Positions 18,770 through 28,156 of a stretch of 64,000 nucleotides of DNA are shown here, piece by piece (the first letter of the stretch is position 1; the number at the start of each line of letters is the position of its first letter). The translations under genes were made by a program, and so were the position numbers. Under the pieces are notes generated by a model. The model had not been told where the DNA came from, did not search any database, and saw only the letters and a list, made by a program, of their open reading frames with translations. The stretch is from a bacterium (GTDB taxonomy: Bacteria; UBA8248), in NCBI GenBank assembly GCA_965207065.1, contig OZ242260.1:1280001-1344000 (forward strand), given 5' to 3'.

Positions 18770-20197
18770 ATGAAACTTCCGGGTATTATTCTTGCGAGCC
18801 TTCTCGTCATCACATCGCTGAATGGCTGCGGCGGCGGTGGAGGTGGCGGCGCAAGTACGCCTCCGCCGATGGTGATGCCGCCAGCCCCCCCGCCAGAAAT
18901 ACCGCCGCCTGTGGTGCCGCCGGCAACGCTGCAACCCTCCGATCTGGCGGCGCAGGCGCCCCTTTTCGATTTCGGCGCTTCCCTGCATATCGGGATGGTT
19001 GCTGCGCCTCCAGCTTATGCACTCGAAAAGACGGGCGAGCGCAACGGGGTGGAAGTCTCGGAGGGGTCGGTGCGGGACGGCTCGAGAGCCGCCAACGTCA
19101 TCGCGTATCTAGAGCCCAGAACAATGCATCCCGAAGTCACGGGACTCGCGACGTTTTCTAGTCCGCCGACAGTCAGCGTCGTCGAGGGCACGAGCGATAA
19201 ATATACCGGCTATGCGATGCGCGCCGTTCAGATCGTCAACGCCGCCCTGCCTCACGATGCGCGCATTTCGTTTGGCGATGCCCCCGTTCCGGATCCGCTG
19301 GACGTCAACGACGTGCCGACCGGCAGCATCTACGTCGAGTTCATCCCGCAGGCGCAATGGCCGGAGGGGAGCGTCAAGGGCGAGAGGGCGGTCGGCCATA
19401 CGCAATCCCAAATCACCTATCATTCCCGGACGCAACGGAACGAAGTCGTGGAAGCCGACTCTTCCCATATATTGATCGACAGCGGAGAAGTTCGAAATTT
19501 CCCTGAAGAAAAAACCGTCTACGTCCTCGTTCACGAACTTCTCCACGCCCTGGGGTTTTCCGGCCATACCGATCCGGCGCGCTTCCCGGACGCCACCCTG
19601 AATCCCTATGTCCCGCGAAATTTGCCGCGGTTTCTGCTTTCCAGGATTGACAGCGATGCGCTGCTCGCGGCGTATGACAGATTCAGGCCCGGCGCGCAGC
19701 CCGAAGAGATATCGGCGGGGAATCTGGGGACCTGGAATGAGGCGTCGTCGCACGTGCGGGGGGATCTGGGGATTCCGTTTGGGGCGGTTTCCTTCGGCGT
19801 CGCTTTGAGGAACGGCCTGGCGCAACCCTGGGCCTCGGGGCCGGAGCCGTCGATAGAGCTGGCGCAAAACAGGGGGTTGTCGGGGACGGCCGCCTGGAGC
19901 GGCGCGCTGCTGGGCATGACGCCCTCGGAGCAAGTGGTCGCCGGCGATGCCAGCCTCGACGTCAATCTGGCGAACCTGAACGGGCAACTCGATTTCACGG
20001 ATATGCAGTACGACGATGGCGGAACCTGGGGGGACGGCGATCTCGGCTACGCAGTTCAAGTGCGCGGCAACACCTTTATTCGTACGGGCGGGGATGACGG
20101 GGTGGTCACCGGCGCCTTCTTCGGGTTCCGGCACGAGGGGATGGGCGGCGTTCTCGAACGCAGCGATATCTCCGCCGGTTTCGGGGGCAAGCGGTAG
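18770..20197 (+). CDS. Surface lipoprotein: Pro-rich tether, zinc metalloprotease (HExxHxxGxxxH) domain, C-terminal TbpB-like barrel
   Basis: Lipobox LNGC + poly-Gly; HELLHALGFSGH; ends GAFFG..HEGMGG....AGFGGKR. Confidence 0.75.
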   Translation: MKLPGIILASLLVITSLNGCGGGGGGGASTPPPMVMPPAPPPEIPPPVVPPATLQPSDLAAQAPLFDFGASLHIGMVAAPPAYALEKTGERNGVEVSEGSVRDGSRAANVIAYLEPRTMHPEVTGLATFSSPPTVSVVEGTSDKYTGYAMRAVQIVNAALPHDARISFGDAPVPDPLDVNDVPTGSIYVEFIPQAQWPEGSVKGERAVGHTQSQITYHSRTQRNEVVEADSSHILIDSGEVRNFPEEKTVYVLVHELLHALGFSGHTDPARFPDATLNPYVPRNLPRFLLSRIDSDALLAAYDRFRPGAQPEEISAGNLGTWNEASSHVRGDLGIPFGAVSFGVALRNGLAQPWASGPEPSIELAQNRGLSGTAAWSGALLGMTPSEQVVAGDASLDVNLANLNGQLDFTDMQYDDGGTWGDGDLGYAVQVRGNTFIRTGGDDGVVTGAFFGFRHEGMGGVLERSDISAGFGGKR

Positions 20198-20270
20198 GCG
20201 CTCGCCTTAAATCTCGATTCGTCATTCATTCTGCATGAAAGCGGAGTGTCTTGCTCGCTTCCTCTCTATG

Positions 20271-20454
20271 GCGGTTGTTGAAAAAGCCCACTATACGTCC
20301 GGTCGGCGACATGATGATCACGTAGGGACAGGCCTCCGTGCCTGTCCGAGGCCCCCCCGCGCCTGTTTTGATTGCAACCATCCTGCAAAGGACAACCACG
20401 GAGGGTTGTCCCTACAACCGCCATTCCTCCTTCTGCGGACTTCTTCAACAGCCC
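20271..20454. repeat. MITE-like element containing an inverted pair of GTAG-type REP sequences
   Basis: Ends GGTTGTTGAAAAA (20273) and TTCTTCAACAGCCC (20441); REPs GTAGGGACAGGCCTCCGTGCCTGTCC (20322-20347) and GGACAACCACGGAGGGTTGTCCCTAC (20390-20415). Confidence 0.7.
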
Positions 20455-21371
20455 TCGATGGCGGCCAAGGATTTCGCCGCCCAGTCGCAGCCCACCTGGC
20501 TCGCCCAAAGGTCCATGAGGCGCTTGGTGACGGGGCCGGGCGCGCCGTGCGCCATCTTGGTTCCGTCGACCGAGGAGACCGGGAGGATGCAGATGCTGTT
20601 CCCGGTGTGGAAGGCCTCGTCGGCGATCAGCAGGTCGTAGCGCGTCAAGTTCATCTCGCGGACCGGGATACCGAGTTCTTTCGCCATGTCGATGACGTGG
20701 GTGCGCGTTACGCCGACCAGGCAGTTGTAATCCGTGGGGGTGAGGATTTCGCCGTCTCTCACGAAAAAGCAGTTGTAGCCCGACCCTTCGGCCACGAAGC
20801 CGTTCATGTCGAGCATGATGGGCCAGGCGCCCGCCTCCTGCGCCTGGAAGTCGGCCTGCACGTGGTTCATCTTGTTGCCCACCTTCGCGCGCGGTTCGAT
20901 GCACTCGGGCGGTATGCGGCGCACGCCGGTGACGACCGAGGGCACGCCCTCCCTGTAGCCGTGGGCGTAGCGCGAATAGTCCATCGGCAGGGTGAAGATG
21001 ACCAGCGTGTGCGCGCCGTGCGTGTGGGTGGCGGCGGAGCTGATGCCGCCCCCGCGCGTCACCCAGTGGTTGATGCGGAATTCCTCTCCCTCGGCGTATA
21101 CGCCGCGGTTTCGCTCGATGAGCTCCATCGTTAGGGCTTCCATCTCGTCCGCGCTCATGCCGGGGTCGAGCCGCGCGTAGCGGCACGAAAGATAGAGCCT
21201 GTCGATGTGCGCCCGCAGGTGCCAGGGCTGGCCGCCAAAGGTGCGCGATGCGTCGTACACGCTGTCGCCGTAGAGGAAGCCGCGGTCCAGGATGGACACG
21301 TTCGCTTCGGTTTCCGGCACGAACCGGCCCTTGACGTAGGCGATTCTCTCACTCAATTTCGCATCCTCCAT
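20445..21371 (-). CDS. Aminotransferase class IV (branched-chain/D-amino acid-like)
   Basis: DRGFLYGDSVY, HIDRL, AK, EGSGYN.F, L.GVTR. Confidence 0.92.
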   Translation of the reverse strand: MEDAKLSERIAYVKGRFVPETEANVSILDRGFLYGDSVYDASRTFGGQPWHLRAHIDRLYLSCRYARLDPGMSADEMEALTMELIERNRGVYAEGEEFRINHWVTRGGGISSAATHTHGAHTLVIFTLPMDYSRYAHGYREGVPSVVTGVRRIPPECIEPRAKVGNKMNHVQADFQAQEAGAWPIMLDMNGFVAEGSGYNCFFVRDGEILTPTDYNCLVGVTRTHVIDMAKELGIPVREMNLTRYDLLIADEAFHTGNSICILPVSSVDGTKMAHGAPGPVTKRLMDLWASQVGCDWAAKSLAAIEGC

Positions 21372-21404
21372 GGTTTGGCATCATCGCGTCGTTCCGGGTT
21401 TGTC

Positions 21405-22559
21405 CTATAGCAGGTCCATTGCAGCGGAGCGCGCGGCGTGGCCCACCCCGAAGGCGTGGGAGAAAGCCACGACGTCGCGCACCAGACGTTCCATGGGCGC
21501 TTCGGTCATGTAGCCCGCACCTCCCCAGACCTCCATCGAGCGGCGCGCGACGCGCTCGCACGATTCCGCCGCGAAGGCTTTTGCGAGAAAGCTCCGCCAG
21601 GGGTCTGCGTCCCCACCCTGCTCCGCCGTCCAGGCCGCCGCCTGGAGGCTTCTCCTGGCGGCGTCTAGTTCCATCAGGTTATCGCAGAGCATGAAGCCCA
21701 CTGTCTGGTGCTCGATGATGGGTTTTCCCCCCTGTACACGCTCGCGGGCGTGGTCGAGGGCGTGATCATGGGATTTCCTCGCCGTTCCGACCGCCGCCGC
21801 CACAGGGAGTATGCGGGTGGCGTGCGTAGCGTCCCGCCAATCCTCCTCCGCGCAATCGAACGGGTGGTCGAGCTTTACGTCATTGAAACCCAGATCGACG
21901 TCCTGGCAGGCGCGCATCCCCATCGGGTCGTGATAACGGGCGACCGTGATTCCTGTGGCCTCGTCGTTTGTAACGAGAAAAACCTGCCTGCCAGTCCCAT
22001 CCGTGGAGCTTGATTCCAGCAGATACAGGCCGGCGGCCGCGCCGTTCAGCACGTGCCGCGCGCCGCCATTGAGAAGCCCCCCGCCCCCATTTTGCGCGAT
22101 GGATGCGCCCTGGCGTTCTTCCGTCGGATAGGGGCTTTTATGCTCGGGAGCGGGCGTATCTGCGATTTTCACGTGGGCCAGATGGAGCGGGTGGTCTTGT
22201 GTGAATTTTTCCGCGAACGCATCGAACCTCACCTCGTCCCACAGGCGGGATACGGCGTTTGCGAGCGCCCAGTCCTGCGCGTAGATGACGCCGACGCCCA
22301 GATCACCCCAGCCGATCTCCTCCGCCACGAAGCAAAGGCTCAGCAGATCAGCCCCTCCTCCGCCGAGGCTCTCCGGGACGGGCAGGGTGCGCAGGCCCAG
22401 CGTGTCGCCTTTTTCCAGAATATCTCCGGGAACACGGTTTTCCGGGGCCTTTTCCTGATCGAGCGCATCCGTGCGCGGAGCGATCTCCAGACGCGCGAAA
22501 TCGCGCGCCAAGCCTTGAAGCGCAAGAGTGGCCTCTGCGGGAGCGAAGTCCATGCGCAA
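21405..22559 (-). CDS. Divergent acyl-CoA dehydrogenase-like protein (possible beta subunit)
   Basis: R.QGGKPIIEHQ, WGGAGYMTEAPMER..RD retained; FAD-binding TEP motif degenerate. Confidence 0.8.
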   Translation of the reverse strand: MRMDFAPAEATLALQGLARDFARLEIAPRTDALDQEKAPENRVPGDILEKGDTLGLRTLPVPESLGGGGADLLSLCFVAEEIGWGDLGVGVIYAQDWALANAVSRLWDEVRFDAFAEKFTQDHPLHLAHVKIADTPAPEHKSPYPTEERQGASIAQNGGGGLLNGGARHVLNGAAAGLYLLESSSTDGTGRQVFLVTNDEATGITVARYHDPMGMRACQDVDLGFNDVKLDHPFDCAEEDWRDATHATRILPVAAAVGTARKSHDHALDHARERVQGGKPIIEHQTVGFMLCDNLMELDAARRSLQAAAWTAEQGGDADPWRSFLAKAFAAESCERVARRSMEVWGGAGYMTEAPMERLVRDVVAFSHAFGVGHAARSAAMDLL

Positions 22560-22588
22560 ACCCTTATGACCGCGAGAAGTTCAGCGAG

Positions 22589-23557
22589 CTAGTCGATGAG
22601 ACCCACGCTCTTCAAGTCCGAGGTAAGCTCCGCCTTCTCATCCGTGCTCAGGGGAATCATCGGCGCGCGCGAGGGGCCGCCGTGCATGCCCATCAGGTCC
22701 ATCCAGTCCTTGAGGGCGGCGATGGGGAACGCTCCCCGCGCCCAGGGCTCCCACAGCCATTTGTCGGCCACGCGGCGGATCGGGTTCATGGACTCGCGCG
22801 CGGTCCAGGCCTCCTCGAGGTTCCCCTCGTCGATCAGGTCGGTGTATCTCTGCATCCCGAGGTTGCCGGTGCGCTGTAAGAGAAACGGGTCGGGGCCGCT
22901 CATGTAGGTCTGCTGCTTGTGATATGCGCGGTTGAAGAACCACTGGGTCTCCATGGGGTCGCTCACGACGATGTCATCCCCCACGGCTTCGCGCACCTCG
23001 TCGCAATGATACTTGGGCTGCGCGTTCTTGATGCAGCAGAGGTTCTCGTTGTCCTCGACGATCGCCTTGACCAGGGGCGCCGAGAGGGAATAGCCGGTCG
23101 CAGCCGTGTTGAAGAGCGACACGCCGATATCCACGTTGCTGCAGAATTCCTTGAAAAACGCACGCACGCGCTCGGGAATCCCCTGCGCGCCGAGGTAGGG
23201 ATTCGCCAGAATGGCATAGGTCGCGCCGGCATCTATCGCGGCGTTGGTCAGCTCGATGGCCTCTTTGGCCGAAGTGTGGCCCGTGTGCGCGATGATGGGC
23301 ACGTCCCCCGCCTCGTCGCAGGCGATTTCCTGTCCGCGCAGGCGCTCTTCTTTCGTCAGGCACCAGAATTCACCAATCATCCCGCCGACGAAAAACCCCT
23401 TGATGTCGAGGTTGTCGATGTAATGTCGGATGTCGGCGCGAAAGCCCGCCTCGTCGATGTTGTCGTTCTCATCGAAGGGATAGGGGATGGCGGCCCAGAT
23501 TCCCCGCATGTTCTCCTTGCAGTAGGCGCGTGAGTCCGATTTCCTGTAAGAGGGCAT
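22589..23557 (-). CDS. DapA-family aldolase-like protein
   Basis: GEFW.LT.EER, CIKNA Lys; TIM-barrel pattern. Confidence 0.85.
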   Translation of the reverse strand: MPSYRKSDSRAYCKENMRGIWAAIPYPFDENDNIDEAGFRADIRHYIDNLDIKGFFVGGMIGEFWCLTKEERLRGQEIACDEAGDVPIIAHTGHTSAKEAIELTNAAIDAGATYAILANPYLGAQGIPERVRAFFKEFCSNVDIGVSLFNTAATGYSLSAPLVKAIVEDNENLCCIKNAQPKYHCDEVREAVGDDIVVSDPMETQWFFNRAYHKQQTYMSGPDPFLLQRTGNLGMQRYTDLIDEGNLEEAWTARESMNPIRRVADKWLWEPWARGAFPIAALKDWMDLMGMHGGPSRAPMIPLSTDEKAELTSDLKSVGLID

Positions 23558-23605
23558 TGCTGTCTCCTTCTCGGGTGTGTGACGGAAACATCCGTCAATT
23601 TGAGT

Positions 23606-24784
23606 TTACCATTCATCCTCATCGGCGGGGGCGAGAAGCGGCGCGGCCTTGAGCTTCACCGCCTCGTTCGTGCCGAAGCCGTGCAGATAGCTCAGCACGT
23701 CGCGCCAGCATTTCTCGGGCGTCGGCCTGTCGTCACGCCAGGTCGCGCCCGATCTCCCCCAGACCTCCATCGCGGTGCGGCAGACCTTGATGCCCGCCTC
23801 AGACGCGAACACCTTGGACATGAGGCGGCGCTTCGAATCGTCCGTCGGCTTCTCCGCATGCCATGCCGCAGAATACAGGTACGTCCTCGAAGCCTCAATC
23901 AGCATATACATTTCCGTGAGCGCCATCTGCGCCCACTGCTCGCTCGCCGCGCCGCTCTCCTGCGCGGCCGTCCGCGCGAGGTCGTACGCGAGGCGCGAGG
24001 GACCCATCACCGGAATGAGCGCGCCGCTCACCATGCGCTTCAGGATAGAGAGGCCGCCGTTCCATTCGCCGAAGAGATTGTGCGCGGGCACGCGGCAGTT
24101 CCTGAGCACGAGTTCGCCGTTTTGAAGAAGCCGCCTGCCGAGCTTCGAGTGCGCCTCACCGATCTCGAAGCCTTCCGTATCGCGCGGCACGAGGAAGCAG
24201 GTGAGTCCCTCGCTCATCTTTTTCTCGGGCGCCGTCCTCGCGAAGATGAAGTAATACTTGGCCAGGCCGCCATTTGAGATGTAGTGCTTCGTGCCGTTCA
24301 GGATATAGAAGTCGCCCTCTTGTTTCGCTGTCATGCGCGGGCCTGCGCCCGGTTCGTCGTGCATCAAGAAGGTGTCGGTCCCGCTCTGGGGCTCCGTGGT
24401 GGCGAGGGCGAGCAAGGCTCTCGGGTCGTTCATGAAGTCTTCTAAATATAAATCGCGCTGTTTTTGGGTTGTCTCGACCGTGAGCAGTTGGGCGAACTTG
24501 TAGGTCTGGTCCATCGAGACGGCGACGCCCAGATCGCCGTAGGCGAGTTCTTCGGCCACCATGGCCTGCACGAGATGGCGCGCGCCGAAGCCGCCGTATT
24601 TTTCGGGTACGGTGAGCGTTCTCAAGCCCGCGGCGTCGAGCTTATCGGCGATATGCCAGGGATAGGCCTCGCCGGGCGCGTAGTTCCTGTCCCTCGCCGC
24701 GGCGAGGGGCAGGATGTCCTCACGCGCAATCGCACGCGCGCGGCGCACCATCTCGGATTCTTCGGGGGTCAGGTCCGGCATCAT
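23606..24784 (-). CDS. Acyl-CoA dehydrogenase family protein
   Basis: TTEPQSGT, LNGTKHYISNG, EKCWRD; start probably at 24784. Confidence 0.88.
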   Translation of the reverse strand: MMPDLTPEESEMVRRARAIAREDILPLAAARDRNYAPGEAYPWHIADKLDAAGLRTLTVPEKYGGFGARHLVQAMVAEELAYGDLGVAVSMDQTYKFAQLLTVETTQKQRDLYLEDFMNDPRALLALATTEPQSGTDTFLMHDEPGAGPRMTAKQEGDFYILNGTKHYISNGGLAKYYFIFARTAPEKKMSEGLTCFLVPRDTEGFEIGEAHSKLGRRLLQNGELVLRNCRVPAHNLFGEWNGGLSILKRMVSGALIPVMGPSRLAYDLARTAAQESGAASEQWAQMALTEMYMLIEASRTYLYSAAWHAEKPTDDSKRRLMSKVFASEAGIKVCRTAMEVWGRSGATWRDDRPTPEKCWRDVLSYLHGFGTNEAVKLKAAPLLAPADEDEW

Positions 24785-25009
24785 GGCGTTTAGGCGCATC
24801 CTTCTGGAAGCGAGACAAGTCAATGGTGATTTGCCCGATTCCGTACCACTACTTGAGACGCTATGTTCTGTCAATCATATTGGGGTATACCGTGAATGCG
24901 TAAACCTTTTGGTCGATGTGGCGTATCGCCGCCCCAGAGTTGGTTGTTGAATAACCCGGCCTTGGGGGCGAGCACATTTGATGCTCGTCTTGGATGGCCA
25001 CCGTATCGA

Positions 25010-25119
25010 CCTCATCCTGAGTAGGCGCTCAAGCGCCGTATCGAAGGATGGGAGGTGCTACTCCCTTGGAGGCGAGAACTTCGCCCTTCGATACGCGGCT
25101 TCGCCGCTACTCAGGGTGA
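25010..25119. repeat. Inverted pair of palindromic repeats (RIME/REP-like)
   Basis: TCATCCTGAGTAGGCGCTCAAGCGCCGTATCGAAGG and CCTTCGATACGCGGCTTCGCCGCTACTCAGGGTGA are mutually reverse-complementary with internal hairpins. Confidence 0.7.
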
Positions 25120-25162
25120 AGTAGAGCGGCGCGTTGCTCAGGGGGTCAAACCCGACCGAGGA

Positions 25163-25382
25163 GGGGCTGTTGAAAAACTCCCCCAAGGGGAAGTGATGTC
25201 CCAAAGAGTGTCGCCCAATGCGGAAAGGTGGTTTTGCTCCTCGCTTTTGATCGTCATTCCGGCGTCGGACCGACCGGGAAGGGACAGTTTTTGTAGGTAG
25301 CGCTCCCCTCTTGGGAGCGCTACATATTATGCGACCCCTACACACGAATAAATTTTCTCTCTCCGACTTTTTCAACAGCCCC
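25163..25382. mobile_element. MITE (220 bp) with perfect 15-bp TIRs and target-site duplication
   Basis: GGGGCTGTTGAAAAA ... TTTTTCAACAGCCCC flanked on both sides by GAGGA. Confidence 0.8.
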
Positions 25383-25531
25383 GAGGAGAGAGGGTTTGAC
25401 GCGAGTGATGAGCGAGCGTTTGCTGCGACTGGGGCGGCGAATGCACCGCAGGTACCGGTTTTCCTGAGGGGGAAGACCGACCCTTGAGGGGGGCAACAAC
25501 GCCCGGAAGGCAAGGATCGGAGCGTGCGCGT

Positions 25532-26494
25532 ATGAAAATCGTGATTCCGGATGACTACGGGGGCGTCTTCTCGAACTCGGCCCAGCTCGCGCGCCTGGAG
25601 AGCCTGGGCGAGGTGGCCCATTTCACCGGGCGGCCTGCGAGTGAAGAGGACATGGCCGAGCGCATAGCCGATGCGGAAATCATACTGACCGTGCGCTTTC
25701 AGACGGATTTCAAGAACACTGCCCTGCTCAATGCCGCGCGGGAGCTTCGCTTCATCTCCATATGGGGTACGCGCCCCCGTGTGGTGGACATGAAGCGCGC
25801 CGGTGAGCGGGGCGTTTCGGTTTCCGTGACGCCGGGGGCGGGGAGTCCCTCGGTGGCCGAGCACACGATGATGATGGCTCTGGCCCTCGCGAAGCGGCTG
25901 CCCTATCAGGGACCGGCCATGCGGGCGGGGGCGTGGGAGCGCGTACAGGGCGTGGAGCTTCTGGGCAAGACGCTCTCCGTTATCGGCTTCGGGCACATCG
26001 GGAGCAAGGTCGTCCCCATGGCGCGGGGCTTCGGGATGGAGGTGCTCGCGTGGTCGAAGCGCATGACGGCGGAACGCGCGGCGAAAGAAGGAGCGCGCGC
26101 GGCATCGCTCGATGCGTGTATGGGCTGTGATTTCGTGACGATACAGCTTCACGTGACGCCGGAGACCAGGGGCATCATCTCCAGAGAGCGCATCGCGGGG
26201 ATGAAGCCCACCGCATTCCTGATAAACACCTCGCGCGCGGGCCTGGTGGATATGGACGCCCTGCTCGAAGCGCTGCGGAATAAGAGGATCGCGGGGGCGG
26301 GCCTGGACGTGTTCGAACCGGATGAGCCCCTGCCGGAGGATTCTCCGCTCAGAGCGCTCGATAACGTGATCCTCACACCGCACGTCGCCGCGCATACCGA
26401 GGGGGCGGTTGAGCGGGAGGCGCGCATAACTGTGGACAACGTGGCGGCTTTTGTTCGGGGAGCGCCTGAGAACCTGGTGTTCGAGGACGCTTGA
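25532..26494 (+). CDS. D-isomer-specific 2-hydroxyacid dehydrogenase
   Basis: VAEH, GFGHIG, INTSRAG, GLDVF..EP, TPHVA. Confidence 0.93.
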   Translation: MKIVIPDDYGGVFSNSAQLARLESLGEVAHFTGRPASEEDMAERIADAEIILTVRFQTDFKNTALLNAARELRFISIWGTRPRVVDMKRAGERGVSVSVTPGAGSPSVAEHTMMMALALAKRLPYQGPAMRAGAWERVQGVELLGKTLSVIGFGHIGSKVVPMARGFGMEVLAWSKRMTAERAAKEGARAASLDACMGCDFVTIQLHVTPETRGIISRERIAGMKPTAFLINTSRAGLVDMDALLEALRNKRIAGAGLDVFEPDEPLPEDSPLRALDNVILTPHVAAHTEGAVEREARITVDNVAAFVRGAPENLVFEDA

Positions 26495-26599
26495 GTATTT
26501 CACGCGAGAGGCGTTTTCAAACATTCGGAGAAATTAAAGTGACTTATAGTAAAGTGAAGAAAACTTAAGTCTTCATGCTTTTATCTGAGAGGGGAAAAG

Positions 26600-27319
26600 A
26601 TGAGCTACCGAATCGAGATGACGGAAGTCCAGGGCAGCGAGATGGAGATTTTCCTGTATGAGCCTTCGGGCGACGGCCCCCATCCGGGCCTGGTGCTCTG
26701 CCAGCACATTCCGGGGCACGGGGGAATCGAGGGAGACCCCTTCACGGTGAAATCGGCGGAGCGCTTCCGGGCGAACGGCTACGCGGTGTCGGTTCCGTTT
26801 CTCTACCACTGGTGGTCCAAGAGTGACGACATGCAGATAAAGCGTGACGAGTTCAACGACGCGCAGACGGCGCAGGACTTGAAAGCCGGCTTCGACGCCC
26901 TGGCGGCGATTGAGAGCGTGGACGCGGGCCGGATCGGGGTCGTCGGGCACTGCTGGGGCGGGCGCGTGAGCTGGCTTGCCGCGTGTACGGATTCGCGCTA
27001 CGCCGCGTGCGCCGTGTTCTACGGCGGGGGCGTGAAAGAGGTGCGCGGCGCGGGCAACCCGCCCGCCATCGAGCTGACGGGAAACATCGCGTGCCCGGTC
27101 ATCGGCATCTTCGGAAACGAGGATCAGAACCCCTCGCCCGAGGACGTGGACGACTACGAGGCGGCGCTCAAGAACGCGGGTGCGGAATACGTCTTCCATC
27201 GCTACGATGGCGCGGGCCACGCATTCCAGTGGGAGGACAACCCCGAGCGCTTCCGCGCCGAACAGAGCGAGGACTCCTGGGAGAAAACGCTCGCGTTTTT
27301 CGGTGAGAAGCTGGGGTGA
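26600..27319 (+). CDS. Dienelactone hydrolase family protein
   Basis: GHCWGG nucleophile elbow, GNED, AGHAF. Confidence 0.92.
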   Translation: MSYRIEMTEVQGSEMEIFLYEPSGDGPHPGLVLCQHIPGHGGIEGDPFTVKSAERFRANGYAVSVPFLYHWWSKSDDMQIKRDEFNDAQTAQDLKAGFDALAAIESVDAGRIGVVGHCWGGRVSWLAACTDSRYAACAVFYGGGVKEVRGAGNPPAIELTGNIACPVIGIFGNEDQNPSPEDVDDYEAALKNAGAEYVFHRYDGAGHAFQWEDNPERFRAEQSEDSWEKTLAFFGEKLG

Positions 27320-27355
27320 GGGGGGGGGGTGAAGGAGATTACGCCGCAGCGATTC

Positions 27356-28084
27356 TCAGGTCGCATGAACCCCTTGTAAAACCGGTTCGATATCGGCCAT
27401 GACGAATAGCCGTGGATAGGCGGATCGACCGTTTACCCTGAACACGCGGGCGTCCACGCTTCCGCTATTGAGCCACTCGCTAACCGTTTGAGCTTGCAGG
27501 CGGTTGATGTAGCCGAGCCGAACGCCGTCTTGTCGGGTTGCTTCTATCGCATGAGGGTCATACTCGTTGGTCGGGTCGTGTTGGAAAACCACGGGCTCGT
27601 CAACTTCCAAGTCGAGCGCATCATTTCGATAATGCCTGTAACCCGAGACGTCGAAAACGTATCGGAAAGGACGGTCGAAACCCTCGAAAGTCTCGGTGAC
27701 CCCGAAGCTGTCGCTGGTTAAGCGGGCGCCCGTATAGGCCAGCAGGCTGAGATCGGAGAAATCGGTTTGCGGCGAGAGGCCGAACGTCTCCATGAAGTCA
27801 TGGAAATCGGGCCGACCCCGGGGCGGGAGTCGTCGCGCCAGCACGTCAAGCGCGGTATCCGCCCCGTGCGCCTCGCCCAGCGCGAGGCCGGGATAGCCGC
27901 CGAATCCGGTCTTAAGGGCCAGGGCAAGATTGTCTTCATCCAGATACGAAAACGCCACGCCTTCTTCGCATTGCGCCAACTCGGCCACCGCGAACCTGTC
28001 GCGGGAACCGGGCTGCTCCAGAGGGCGTTGCCACGTCAAAATCGCCCGGCGCGTCTGTATGGGGTCAGTGATCAAATCCGTCAT
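27356..28084 (-). CDS. HIRAN-domain protein with HipA-N/HipS-like N-terminus
   Basis: C-terminal DPTNEYDPHAI...LGYI HIRAN pattern; N-terminal RLPPRGRPDF...LLAYTGARL.SD. Confidence 0.75.
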   Translation of the reverse strand: MTDLITDPIQTRRAILTWQRPLEQPGSRDRFAVAELAQCEEGVAFSYLDEDNLALALKTGFGGYPGLALGEAHGADTALDVLARRLPPRGRPDFHDFMETFGLSPQTDFSDLSLLAYTGARLTSDSFGVTETFEGFDRPFRYVFDVSGYRHYRNDALDLEVDEPVVFQHDPTNEYDPHAIEATRQDGVRLGYINRLQAQTVSEWLNSGSVDARVFRVNGRSAYPRLFVMADIEPVLQGVHAT

Positions 28085-28156
28085 TTTTGGGTCTCGCGAA
28101 GTATGTTTCTGATGCGTTGCGTACCAATTTCCAGAATAGCACAGATGTGGTGTGGA

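Noticed and set aside
14431-25382. CRISPR array
   Set aside because: Repeats are dispersed inverted pairs, not regularly spaced direct repeats; no cas genes.
25058-26524. Long antisense ORFs (also 30336-31748, 32655-34094, 46936-48579, 5785-6963)
   Set aside because: Shadow frames of well-supported genes in GC-rich DNA.
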